From Eledone cirrhosa (taxonomy: Eukaryota): DNA of 64,000 nucleotides. Under the pieces are notes generated by a model, which made no database searches, was not told the origin of the DNA, and worked only from the letters and a program-made list of their open reading frames with translations. This document shows positions 11,401 through 23,865 of this stretch, piece by piece; positions within the stretch are counted from its first letter, which is position 1, and each line of letters begins with the position of its first letter. The DNA is taken from NCBI GenBank assembly GCA_964016885.1, contig OZ024754.1, forward strand, positions 25,854,001-25,918,000, written 5' to 3'. Made by a program: the position numbers and the translations under genes.

Positions 11401-14400
11401 CTTCTGTCCAGCTCTCCTGAGAGTTTCTTCTCAGAGAACCTGCTGTTGTCCACCTCTCTTGAGAGTTTCTTCTCAGACAACCTGCTGCTGTCCACCTCTC
11501 CTGAGAATTTCTTCTCAGACAACCTTCTGCTGTCCACCTCTCCTGAGAGGTTCTTCTCAGATAAACTGCTGCTGTCCAGCTCTCCCTGAGAGTTTCTTCT
11601 CAGACAACCTTCTGCTGTCCAGCTCTCCTGAAAGTTTCTTCACAGATAACGTTCTGCTGTCCACCTCTCCTGAGAGTTTCTTCTCAGACAACCTGTGTCT
11701 GTGCACCTCTCCTGAGAGTTTCTTCTCAGACAACCTTCTGCTGTCCAGCTCTCCTGAGAGTTTCTTCTCATACAACCTGCTGCTGTCCACCTCTCCTGAG
11801 AGTTTCTTCTCAGACAACCTGCTGCTGTCCACCTCTCCTGAGAGTTTCTTCTCAGACAAGCTGCTGTTGTCCACCTCTCGTGGGAGTTTCTTCTCAGACA
11901 ACATTCTGCTGTCCACCTCTCCTGAGAGTTTCTTCTCAGACAACCTGTTGCTGTCCAACTCTCCCTGAGAGTTTCTTCTCAGACGACCATCTGCTGTCCA
12001 CCTCTCCTGAGTGTTTCTTCTCAGACAACCTTCTGCTGTCCACCTCTCCTGAGAGTTTCTTCTCAGATGACCTTCTGCTGTCCAGCTCTCCTGAGAGTTT
12101 CTTCTCAGACAACCTGCTGCTGTCCACCTCTCCTCAGTTTCTTCTCAGACAACCTTCTGCTGTCCAGCTCTCCCTGAGAGTTTCTTCTCAGACGACCTTC
12201 TGCTCTCCAGCTCTCCTTGAGAGTTTCTTCTCAGACAGCCCGTGGCTGTCCAACTCTCCTCAGAGTTTCTTCTCAGATGACCTGCTGCTGTCTAGCTCTC
12301 CCTGAGAGTTTCTTCTCAGACGACCTCCTGCTGTCCTGCTCTCCCTGAGAGTTTCTTCTCAGGCAACCTTCTGCCGTCCAGCTCTCCATGAGAATTTCTT
12401 CTCAGACGACCTTCTGCTGTCCAGCTCTCCCTGAGAGTTTCTGCTCAGACAACCTTCTGCTGTCCAGCTCTCCTCAGAGTTTCTTCTCAGACGACCTTCT
12501 GCTGTCCACCTCTCCCTGAGAGTTTCTTCTCAGACGACCTTCTACTGTCCAGCTCTCACTGAGAGTTTCTTCTCAGGCGACCTTCTGCTGTCCAGCTCTC
12601 CCTGAGAGTTTCTTCTCAGACAACCTTCTGCTGTCCAGCTCTCCTGAGAGTTTCTTCTCAGACAGCCTTCTGCTGTCCACCTCTACTTAAAGTTTCTTCA
12701 CAGATAACCTTCTGCTGTCCACCTCTCCTGAGAGTTTCTTCTCTGACAACCTGTGGCTGTCCAGCTCTCCTGAGAGTTTTTTCTCATACAACCTTCTGCT
12801 GTCCATCTCTCCTGAGAGTTTCTTCTCAGAGAACCTGCTGTTGTCCACCTCTCCTGAGAGTTTCTTCTCTGACAACCTGTGGTTGTCCACCTCTCCCTGA
12901 GAGTTTCTTCTCAGACAACCTTCTGCTGTCCAGCTCTCCTGAAAGTTTCTTCACAGATAACCTTCTGCTGTCCACCTCTCCTGAGACTTTCTTCTCAGAC
13001 AACCTGTGGCTGTCCACCTCTCCTGAGAATTTCTTCTCAGACAACCTTCTGTTGTCCAGCTCTCCCTGAGAGTTTCTTCTCAGACAACCTTCTGCTGTCC
13101 AGCTCTCCCTGAGAGTTTCTTCTCAGACGACCTTCTGCTATCCAGCTCTCCCTGAGAGTTTCTTCTCAGACAACCTTCTGCTGTCCAGCTCGCCCTGAGA
13201 GTTTCTTCTCAGACAACCTTCTGCTGTCCAGCTCTCCTGAGAGTTTCTTCTCAGACAACCTGCTGCTGTCCACCACTCCTGAGAGTTTCTTCTCAGACAA
13301 CCTTCTGCTGTCCACCTCTCCTGAGAGTTTCTTCTCAGACAAAGTGTTGCTGTCCAGCTCTCCCTGAGAGTTTCTTCTCAGACGACCATCTGCTGTCCAC
13401 CTCTCCTGAGAGTTTCTTCTCAGACAACCTTCTTCTGTCCACCTCCCCTGAGAGTTTCTTCTCAGACGACCTTCTGCTGTCCAGCTCACCTGAGAGTTTC
13501 TTCTCAGACGACCTTCTGCTGTCCAGCTCTCCCTGAGAGTTTCTTCTCAGACAACCTTCTGCTGTCCAGCTCTCCTAAGAGTTTCTTCTCAGCCGACCTT
13601 CTGCTGTCCACCTCTCCCTGAGAGTTTCTTCTCAGACAACCTGTGGCTGTCGCACTCTCCTCAGAGTTTCTTCTCTGAGGACCTTCTGCTGTCCAGCTCT
13701 CCCTGAGAGTTTCTTCTCAGACAACCTGCTGCTGTCCACCTCTCCTGAGAGTTTCTTCTCAGACAACCTGTTGCTGTCCACCTTTCCTAAGAATGTTTTT
13801 CTCAGATAACCTGTTGCTGTCCAGCTCTCCCTGAGAGTTTCTTCACAGATAACCTTCTGCTGTCCACCTCTCCTGAGAGTTTCTTCTCAGACGACCTTCT
13901 GCTGTCCAGCTCTCCCTGAGAGTTCCTTCTCAGACGTCCATCTGCTGTCCACCTCTCCTGAGAGTTTCTTCTCAGACAACCTTCTGCTGTCCACCTCTCC
14001 TGAGAGTTTCTTCTCGGACGACCTTCTGCTGTCCAGCTCACCCTGAGAGTTTCTTCTCAGACGACTTGCTGCTGTCCAGCTCTCCCTGAGAGTTTCTTCT
14101 CAGACAACCTTCTGCTATCCTGCTCTCCTGAGAGTTTCTTCTCAGACGACCTTCTGCTGTCCACCTCTCCCTGAGAGTTTCTTCTCAGACAACCTGTGGC
14201 TGTCCACCCCTCCTGAGAGTTTCTTCTCAGACAACATGCTGCTGTCCACCTCTCCTGAGAGTTTCTTCTCAGACAACCTTCTGCTGTCCAGCTCTCCCTG
14301 AGAGTTTCTTCACAGACGACCTTCTGCTCGCCAGCACTCCCTGAGAATTTCTTTTCAGACGACCTTCTGCTGTCCAGCTCTCCCTGAGAGTTTCTTCTCA

Positions 14401-16269
14401 GACGACCTTCTGCTGTCCAGCTCTCCCTGAGAGTTTCTTCTCAGACGACCTGCTGCTGTCCAGCTCTCCCTGAGAGTTTCTTCTCAGACAACCTTCTCCT
14501 GTCCTGCTCTCCTGGGAGTTTCTTCTCAGACGACCTTCTGCTGTCCAGCTCTCCCTGAGAGTTTCTTCTCAGACGACTTGCTGCTGTCCAGCTCTCCCTG
14601 AGAGTTCCTTCTCAGACGACCATCTGCTGTCCACCTCTCCCTGAGAGTTTCTTCTCAGAGAACCTGCTGTTGTCCACCTCTCCTGAGAGTTTCTTCTCAG
14701 ACAACCTGCTGCTGTCCACCTCTCCTGAGAGTTTCTTCTCAGACAACCTTCTGCTGTCCACCTCTCCTGAGAATGTTCTTCTCAGATAACCTGTTGCTGT
14801 CCAGCTCTCCCTGAGAGTTTCTTCTCAGACAACCTTCTGCTGTCCAGCTCTCCTGAAAGTTTCTTCGCAGATAACCTTCTGCTGTCCACCTCTCCTGAGA
14901 GTTTCTTCTCAGACAACCTGTGGCTGTCCACCTCTCCTGAGAGTTTCTTCTCAGACAACTTTCTGCTGTCCAGCTCTCCTGAGAGTTTCTTCTCAGACAG
15001 CCTTCTGCTGTCCACCTCTCCTGAATGTTTCTTCACAGATAACCTTCTGCTGTCCACCTCTCCTCAGAGTTTCTTCTCAGACAACCTGTGGCTGTCCACC
15101 TCTCCTGACAGTTTCTTCTCAGACAACCTTCTTTTGTCCAGCTCTCACTGAGAGTTTCTTCTCAGACAACCTTCTGCTGTCCAGCTCTCCTGAGAGTTTC
15201 TTCTCAGACAACCTGCTGCTGTCCACCTCTCCAGAGAGTTTCTTCTCAGACAACCTGCTGCTGGCCCCCTCTCCTGAGAGTTTCTTCTCAGACAACCTGC
15301 TGTTGTCCACCTCTCCTGACAGTTTCTTCTCAGACAACCTGCTGCTGTCCACCTCTCCTGAGAGTTTCTTCTCAGAAAACCTTCTTCTGTCCACCTCTCC
15401 AGCAAGGTTCTTCTCAGATAACCTTCTGCTGTCCAGCTCTCCTGAGAGTTTCTTCTCAGACAACCTTCTGCTGTCCAGCTCTCCTGAGAGTTTCTTCAAA
15501 GACAACCTGCTACTGTCCAGCTCTCCTGAAAGTTTCTTCTCAGACAACCTTCTGCTGTCCAGCTCTCCTGAGAGTTTCTTCTCAGACAACCTGCTGCTGT
15601 CCACCTCTCCTGAGAGTTTCTTCTCAGACAACCTGCTGCTGTCCACCTCTCCTGAGAGTTTCTTCTCAGACAACCTACTGCTGTCCACCTATCCTGAGAG
15701 TTTCTTCTCAGACAACCTTCTGCTGTCCAGCTCTCCCTGAGAGTTTCTTCTTAGACGACCTTCTGCTGTCCAGCTCTCGCTGAGAGTTTCTTCTCGGACA
15801 ACCTTCTGCTGTCCAGCTCTCCTGAGAGTTTCTTCTCAGACGACCTTCTGCTGTCCACCTCTCCCTGAGAGTTTCTTCTCAGTAACCTGTGGCTGTCGCA
15901 CTCTCCTCAGAGTTTCATCTCTGAGAACCTTCTGCTGTCCAGCTCTCCCTGAGAGTTTCTTCTCAGACGACCTTCTACTCTCCAACTCTCCCTGAGAGTT
16001 TCTTCTCAGACGACCTTTTGCTGTCCACCTCTCCTGAGAGTTTCTTCTAAGACAACCTGTTGCTGTCCAGCTCTCCTGAGAGTTTCTTCTAAGACAACCT
16101 GCTACTGTCCAGCTCTCCTGAAAGTTTCTTCTCAGACAATCTTCTACTGTCCACCTCTTCTGAAAGTTTCTTCTCAGACAACCTTCTGCTGTCCACCTTT
16201 CCTGAGAGTTTCTTCTCAGACAACCTGCTGCTGTCCACCTCTCCTGAGAGTTTCTTCTCAGACAACCTT

Positions 16270-19200
16270 CTGCTGTCCAGCTCTCCTGAGAGTTTCTTCT
16301 CAGAGAACTTTCTGTTGTCCACCTCTCCTGAGAGTTTCTTCTCAGACAACCTGCTGCTGTCCACCTCTCCTGAGAGTTTCTTCTCAGACAACCTTCTGCT
16401 GTCCACCTCTCCTGAGAGTTTCTTCTAAGACAACCTGTTGCTGTCCAGCTCTCCCTGAGAGTTTCTTCTCAGACGACCTTCTGCTGTCCACCTCTCCTGA
16501 GAGTTTCTTCTCAGACAACCTTCTGCTGTCCACCTCTCCTGAGAGTTTCTTCTCAGACGACCTTCTGCTGTCCAGCTCTCCTGAGAGTTTCTTCTCAGAC
16601 AACCTGCTGCTGTCCACCTCTCCCTGAGAGTTTCTTCTCAGACAAACTGTGGCTGTCCAAATCTCCTCAGAGTTTCTTCTCTGAGGACCTTCTGCTTTCC
16701 ACCTCCCCCTGAGAGTTTCTTCTCAGACGACCTGTGGCTGTCCCACTCTCCTCAGAGTTTCTTCTCTGAGGTCCTTCTGCTGTCCAGCTCTCCATGAGAG
16801 TTTCTTCTCAGACGACCTTCTGCTGTCCAGCTCTCCCTGAGAGTTTCTTCTCAGACGCCCTTCTGCTGTCCAGCTCTCCCTGAGAGTTTCTTCTCAGACG
16901 ACCTGCTGCTGTCCAGCTCTCCCTGAGATTTTCTTCTCAGACAACCTTCTGCTGTCCACCTCTCCCTGAGAGTTTCTTCTCAGACAACCTGTGGCTGTCC
17001 AACTCTCCTCAGAGTTTCTTCTCTGAGGACCTTCTGCTGTCCAGCTTTCCCTGAGAGTTTCTTCTCAGGCGACCTTCTGCTGTCCAGCTCTCCCTGAGAG
17101 TTTCTTCTCAGACGACCTTCTACTGTCCAGCTCTCCCAGAGAGTTTCTTCTCAGGCGACCTTCTGCTGTCCAGCTCTCCCTGAGAGTTTCTTCTCAGACA
17201 ACCTTCTGCTGTCCAGCTCTCCTGAGAGTTTCTTCTCAGACAGCCCTCTGCTGTCCACCTCTACTTAAAGTTTCTTCACAGATAACCTTCTGCTGTCCAC
17301 CTCTCCTGAGAGTTTCTTCTCAGACAACCTGTGGCTGTCCACCTCTCCTGAGAGTTTCTTCTGAGACAACCCTCTGCTGTCCAGCTCTCCTGAGACTTTC
17401 TTCTCAGAGAACCTGCTGTTGTCCACCTCTCCTGAGAGTTTCTTCTAAGACAACCTGCTGCTGTCCACCTCTCCAGGAGAGTTTCTTCTCAGACAACCTT
17501 CTGCTGTCCAGCTCTCCTGAGAGTTTCTTCTCAGATAACCTGCTGCTGTCCAGCTCTCCCTGAGAGTTTCTTCTCAGACAACCTTCTGCAGTCCAGCTCT
17601 CCTGAAAGTTTCTTCACATATACCTTCTGCTGTCCACCTCTCCTGAGAGTTTCTTCTCAGACAACCTGTGGCTGTCCACCTCTCCTGAAAATTTCTTCTC
17701 AGACAACCTTCTGCTGTCCAGCTCTCCCTGAGAGTTTCTTCTCAGACAACCTTCTGCTGTCCAGCTCTCCTGAGAGTTTCTTCTCAGACAACCTGCTGCT
17801 GTCCACCTCTCCTGAGAGTTTCTTCTCAGACAACCTGCTACTGTCCACCTCTCCTGAGAGTTTCTTCTCAGACAAGCTGCTGTTGTCCACCTCTCCTGAG
17901 AGTTTCTTCTCAGACAACCTGCTGCTGTCCACCTCTCCTGAGAGTTTCTTCTCAGAAAAACTGTTGCTGTCAATCTCTCCCTGAGAGTTTCTTCTCAGAC
18001 GACCATCTGCTGTCCACCTCTCCTGAGAGTTTCTTCTCAGACAACCTTCTGCTGTCCACCTCTCCTGAGAGTTTCTTCTCAGACGACCTTCTGCTGTCCA
18101 GCTCTCCTGAGAGTTTCTTCTCAGACGACCTTCTGCTGTCCAGCTCTCCCTGAGAGTTTCTTCTCAGACAACCTTCTGCTGTCCAGCTCTCCTGAGAGTT
18201 TCTTCTCAGACGACCTTCTGCTGTCCACCTCTCCCTGAGAGTTTCTTCTCAGACAACCTGTGGCTGTCGCACTCTCCTCGGAGTTTCTTCTCTGAGGACC
18301 TTCTGCTGTCCAGCTCTCCCTGAGAGTTTCTTCTCAGACAACCTGCTGCTGTCCACCTCTCTTGAGAGTTTCTTCTCAGACAACCTTCTGCTGTCCACCT
18401 CTCCTGAGAGTTTCTTCTCAGACGACCTTCTGCTGTCCAGCTCTCCTGAGAGTTTCTTCTCAGACGACCTTCTGCTGTCCAGCTCTCCCTGAGAGTTTCT
18501 TCTCCTACAACCTTCTGCTGTCCAGCTCTCCTGAGAGTTTCTTCTCAGAGAACCTTCTGTTGTCCACCTCTCCTGAGAGTTTCTTCTCAGACAACCTGCT
18601 GCTGTCCACCTCTCCGGAGAGTTTCTTCTCAGACAACCTTCTGCTGTCCACCTCTCCTGAGAATGTTCTTCTCAGATAACCTGTTGCTGTCCAGCTCTCC
18701 CTGAGAGTTTCTTCTCAGACAACTTTCTGCTGTCCAGCTCTCCTGAAAGTTTCTTCACAGATAACCTTCTGCTGTCCACCTCTCCTCAGAGTTCCTTCTC
18801 AGACGACCATCTGCTGTCCACCTCTCCTGAGAGTTTCTTCTCAGACAACATTCTGCTGTCCACGTCTCCTGAGAGTTTCTTCCCAGACGACCTTCTGCTG
18901 TCCAACTCTCCCTGAGAGTTTCTTCTCAGACGACCTGCTGCTGTCCAGCTCTCCCTGAGAGTTTCTTCTCAGACAACCTTCTGCTGTCCTGCTCTCCTGA
19001 GAGTTTCTTCTCAGACGACCTTCTGCTGTCCACCTCTCCCTGATAGTTTCTTCTCAGACAACCTGTGGCTGTCCACCTCTCCTGAGAGTTTCTTCTCAGA
19101 CAACATGCTGCTGTCCACCTCTCCTGAGAGTTTCTTCTCAGACAACCTTCTGCTGTCCAGCTCTCCCTGAGAGTTTCTTCTCAGACGACCTTCTGCTGTC

Positions 19201-22200
19201 CAGCTCTCCCTGAGAGTTTCTTCTCAGACGACCTTCTGATGTCCAGCTCTCCCTGAGAGTTTCTTCTCAGACAACCTTCTGCTGTCCTGCTCTCCTGAGA
19301 GTTTCTTCTCAGACGACCTTCTGCTGTCCACCTCTCCCTGAGAGTTTCTTCTCAGACAACCTGTGGCTGTCCAGCTCTCCTGAGAGTTTCTTCTCAGAGG
19401 ACCTTCTGTTGTGCACCTCTCCCTGACAGTTTCTTCTCAGACAACCTGTAACTGTCCAACTCTCCTCAGAGTTTCTTATCTGAGGACCTTCTGCTGTCCA
19501 GCTTTCCCTGAGAGTTTCTTCTCAGACGACCTTCTGCTGTCCAGCTCTCCCTGAGTGTTTCTTCTCAGACGACCTTCTACTGTCCAGCTCTCCCTGAGAG
19601 TTTCTTCTCAGGCGACCTTCTGCTGTCCAGCTCTCCCTGAGAGTTTCTTCTCAGACAACCTTCTGCTGTCCAGCTCTCCTGAGAGTTTCTTCTCAGACAG
19701 CCTTCTGCTGTCCACCTCTACTTAAAGTTTGTTCACAGATAACCTTCTGCTGTCCACCTCTCCTGAGAGTTTCTTCTCAGACAACCTGTGGCTGTCCACC
19801 TCTCCTGAGAGTTTCTTCTCAGACAATGTTCTGCTGTCCAGCTCTCCTGAGAGTTTCTTTTCAGAGAACCTGCTGTTGTCCACCTCTCCTGAGAGTTTCT
19901 TCTCAGACAACCTGCTGCTGTCCACCTCTCCTGAGAGTTTCTTCTCAGACAACCTTCTGCTGTCCAGCTCTCCTGAGAGTTTCTCCTCAGATAACCTGCT
20001 GCTGTCCAGCTCTCCTGAGAGTTTCTTCTCAGACAGCCTTCTGCTGTCCACCTCTACTTAAAGTTTGTTCACAGATAACCTTCTGCTGTCCACCTCTCCT
20101 GAGAGTTTCTTCTCAGACAACCTGTGGCTGTCCAGCTCTCCTGAGAGTTTCTTCTCAGAGAACTTTCTGTTGTCCACCTCTCCTGAGAGTTTCTTCTCAG
20201 ACAACCTGCTGCTGTCCACCTCTCCTGAGAGTTTCTTCTCAGACAACCTTCTGCTGTCCACCTCTCCTGAGAGTTTCTTCTAAGACAACCTGTTGCTGTC
20301 CAGCTCTCCCTGAGAGTTTCTTCTCAGACGACCTTCTGCTGTCCACCTCTCCTGAGAGTTTCTTCTCAGACAACCTTCTGCTGTCCACCTCTCCTGAGAG
20401 TTTCTTCTCAGACGACCTTCTGCTGTCCAGCTCTCCTGAGAGTTTCTTCTCAGACAACCTGCTGCTGTCCACCTCTCCCTGAGAGTTTCTTCTCAGACAA
20501 ACTGTGGCTGTCCAAATCTCCTCAGAGTTTCTTCTCTGAGGACCTTCTGCTTTCCACCTCCCCCTGAGAGTTTCTTCTCAGACGACCTGTGGCTGTCCCA
20601 CTCTCCTCAGAGTTTCTTCTCTGAGGTCCTTCTGCTGTCCAGCTCTCCATGAGAGTTTCTTCTCAGACGACCTTCTGCTGTCCAGCTCTCCCTGAGAGTT
20701 TCTTCTCAGACGCCCTTCTGCTGTCCAGCTCTCCCTGAGAGTTTCTTCTCAGACGACCTGCTGCTGTCCAGCTCTCCCTGAGATTTTCTTCTCAGACAAC
20801 CTTCTGCTGTCCACCTCTCCCTGAGAGTTTCTTCTCAGACAACCTGTGGCTGTCCAACTCTCCTCAGAGTTTCTTCTCTGAGGACCTTCTGCTGTCCAGC
20901 TTTCCCTGAGAGTTTCTTCTCAGGCGACCTTCTGCTGTCCAGCTCTCCCTGAGAGTTTCTTCTCAGACGACCTTCTACTGTCCAGCTCTCCCAGAGAGTT
21001 TCTTCTCAGGCGACCTTCTGCTGTCCAGCTCTCCCTGAGAGTTTCTTCTCAGACAACCTTCTGCTGTCCAGCTCTCCTGAGAGTTTCTTCTCAGACAGCC
21101 CTCTGCTGTCCACCTCTACTTAAAGTTTCTTCACAGATAACCTTCTGCTGTCCACCTCTCCTGAGAGTTTCTTCTCAGACAACCTGTGGCTGTCCACCTC
21201 TCCTGAGAGTTTCTTCTGAGACAACCCTCTGCTGTCCAGCTCTCCTGAGACTTTCTTCTCAGAGAACCTGCTGTTGTCCACCTCTCCTGAGAGTTTCTTC
21301 TAAGACAACCTGCTGCTGTCCACCTCTCCAGGAGAGTTTCTTCTCAGACAACCTTCTGCTGTCCAGCTCTCCTGAGAGTTTCTTCTCAGATAACCTGCTG
21401 CTGTCCAGCTCTCCCTGAGAGTTTCTTCTCAGACAACCTTCTGCAGTCCAGCTCTCCTGAAAGTTTCTTCACATATACCTTCTGCTGTCCACCTCTCCTG
21501 AGAGTTTCTTCTCAGACAACCTGTGGCTGTCCACCTCTCCTGAAAATTTCTTCTCAGACAACCTTCTGCTGTCCAGCTCTCCCTGAGAGTTTCTTCTCAG
21601 ACAACCTTCTGCTGTCCAGCTCTCCTGAGAGTTTCTTCTCAGACAACCTGCTGCTGTCCACCTCTCCTGAGAGTTTCTTCTCAGACAACCTGCTACTGTC
21701 CACCTCTCCTGAGAGTTTCTTCTCAGACAAGCTGCTGTTGTCCACCTCTCCTGAGAGTTTCTTCTCAGACAACCTGCTGCTGTCCACCTCTCCTGAGAGT
21801 TTCTTCTCAGAAAAACTGTTGCTGTCAATCTCTCCCTGAGAGTTTCTTCTCAGACGACCATCTGCTGTCCACCTCTCCTGAGAGTTTCTTCTCAGACAAC
21901 CTTCTGCTGTCCACCTCTCCTGAGAGTTTCTTCTCAGACGACCTTCTGCTGTCCAGCTCTCCTGAGAGTTTCTTCTCAGACGACCTTCTGCTGTCCAGCT
22001 CTCCCTGAGAGTTTCTTCTCAGACAACCTTCTGCTGTCCAGCTCTCCTGAGAGTTTCTTCTCAGACGACCTTCTGCTGTCCACCTCTCCCTGAGAGTTTC
22101 TTCTCAGACAACCTGTGGCTGTCGCACTCTCCTCGGAGTTTCTTCTCTGAGGACCTTCTGCTGTCCAGCTCTCCCTGAGAGTTTCTTCTCAGACAACCTG

Positions 22201-23865
22201 CTGCTGTCCACCTCTCTCGAGAGTTTCTTCTCAGACAACCTTCTGCTGTCCACCTCTCCTGAGAGTTTCTTCTCAGACGACCTTCTGCTGTCCAGCTCTC
22301 CTGAGAGTTTCTTCTCAGACGACCTTCTGCTGTCCAGCTCTCCCTGAGAGTTTCTTCTCCTACAACCTTCTGCTGTCCAGCTCTCCTGAGAGTTTCTTCT
22401 CAGAGAACCTTCTGTTGTCCACCTCTCCTGAGAGTTTCTTCTCAGACAACCTGCTGCTGTCCACCTCTCCGGAGAGTTTCTTCTCAGACAACCTTCTGCT
22501 GTCCACCTCTCCTGAGAATGTTCTTCTCAGATAACCTGTTGCTGTCCAGCTCTCCCTGAGAGTTTCTTCTCAGACAACTTTCTGCTGTCCAGCTCTCCTG
22601 AAAGTTTCTTCACAGATAACCTTCTGCTGTCCACCTCTCCTCAGAGTTCCTTCTCAGACGACCATCTGCTGTCCACCTCTCCTGAGAGTTTCTTCTCAGA
22701 CAACATTCTGCTGTCCACGTCTCCTGAGAGTTTCTTCCCAGACGACCTTCTGCTGTCCAACTCTCCCTGAGAGTTTCTTCTCAGACGACCTGCTGCTGTC
22801 CAGCTCTCCCTGAGAGTTTCTTCTCAGACAACCTTCTGCTGTCCTGCTCTCCTGAGAGTTTCTTCTCAGACGACCTTCTGCTGTCCACCTCTCCCTGATA
22901 GTTTCTTCTCAGACAACCTGTGGCTGTCCACCTCTCCTGAGAGTTTCTTCTCAGACAACATGCTGCTGTCCACCTCTCCTGAGAGTTTCTTCTCAGACAA
23001 CCTTCTGCTGTCCAGCTCTCCCTGAGAGTTTCTTCTCAGACGACCTTCTGCTGTCCAGCTCTCCCTGAGAGTTTCTTCTCAGACGACCTTCTGATGTCCA
23101 GCTCTCCCTGAGAGTTTCTTCTCAGACAACCTTCTGCTGTCCTGCTCTCCTGAGAGTTTCTTCTCAGACGACCTTCTGCTGTCCACCTCTCCCTGAGAGT
23201 TTCTTCTCAGACAACCTGTGGCTGTCCAGCTCTCCTGAGAGTTTCTTCTCAGAGGACCTTCTGTTGTGCACCTCTCCCTGACAGTTTCTTCTCAGACAAC
23301 CTGTAACTGTCCAACTCTCCTCAGAGTTTCTTCTCTGAGGACCTTCTGCTGTCCAGCTTTCCCTGAGAGTTTCTTCTCAGACGACCTTCTGCTGTCCAGC
23401 TCTCCCTGAGTGTTTCTTCTCAGACGACCTTCTACTGTCCAGCTCTCCCTGAGAGTTTCTTCTCAGGCGACCTTCTGCTGTCCAGCTCTCCCTGAGAGTT
23501 TCTTCTCAGACAACCTTCTGCTGTCCAGCTCTCCTGAGAGTTTCTTCTCAGACAGCCTTCTGCTGTCCACCTCTACTTAAAGTTTGTTCACAGATAACCT
23601 TCTGCTGTCCACCTCTCCTGAGAGTTTCTTCTCAGACAACCTGTGGCTGTCCACCTCTCCTGAGAGTTTCTTCTCAGACAATGTTCTGCTGTCCAGCTCT
23701 CCTGAGAGTTTCTTTTCAGAGAACCTGCTGTTGTCCACCTCTCCTGAGAGTTTCTTCTCAGACAACCTGCTGCTGTCCACCTCTCCTGAGAGTTTCTTCT
23801 CAGACAACCTTCTGCTGTCCAGCTCTCCTGAGAGTTTCTTCTCAGATAACCTGCTGCTGTCCAGC
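16270..23865 (+). repeat. Recent tandem duplication, period 3855 bp (about 91 monomers)
   Basis: ORF pairs 16384/20239, 17614/21469, 17699/21554 and 19722/23577 are all offset by 3855. Shared rare variants: gacgccctt, ctccaggaga, cacatatacc, cagaaaaactgttgctgtcaatc. Confidence 0.93.

Noticed and set aside
14769-14780. Heat-shock element (GAATGTTC) and STAT-like TTCTCAGA(A/C) motifs
   Set aside because: Only two nGAAn units are present where three are normally needed. The STAT consensus is mismatched in nearly all monomers, so this is expected chance similarity.
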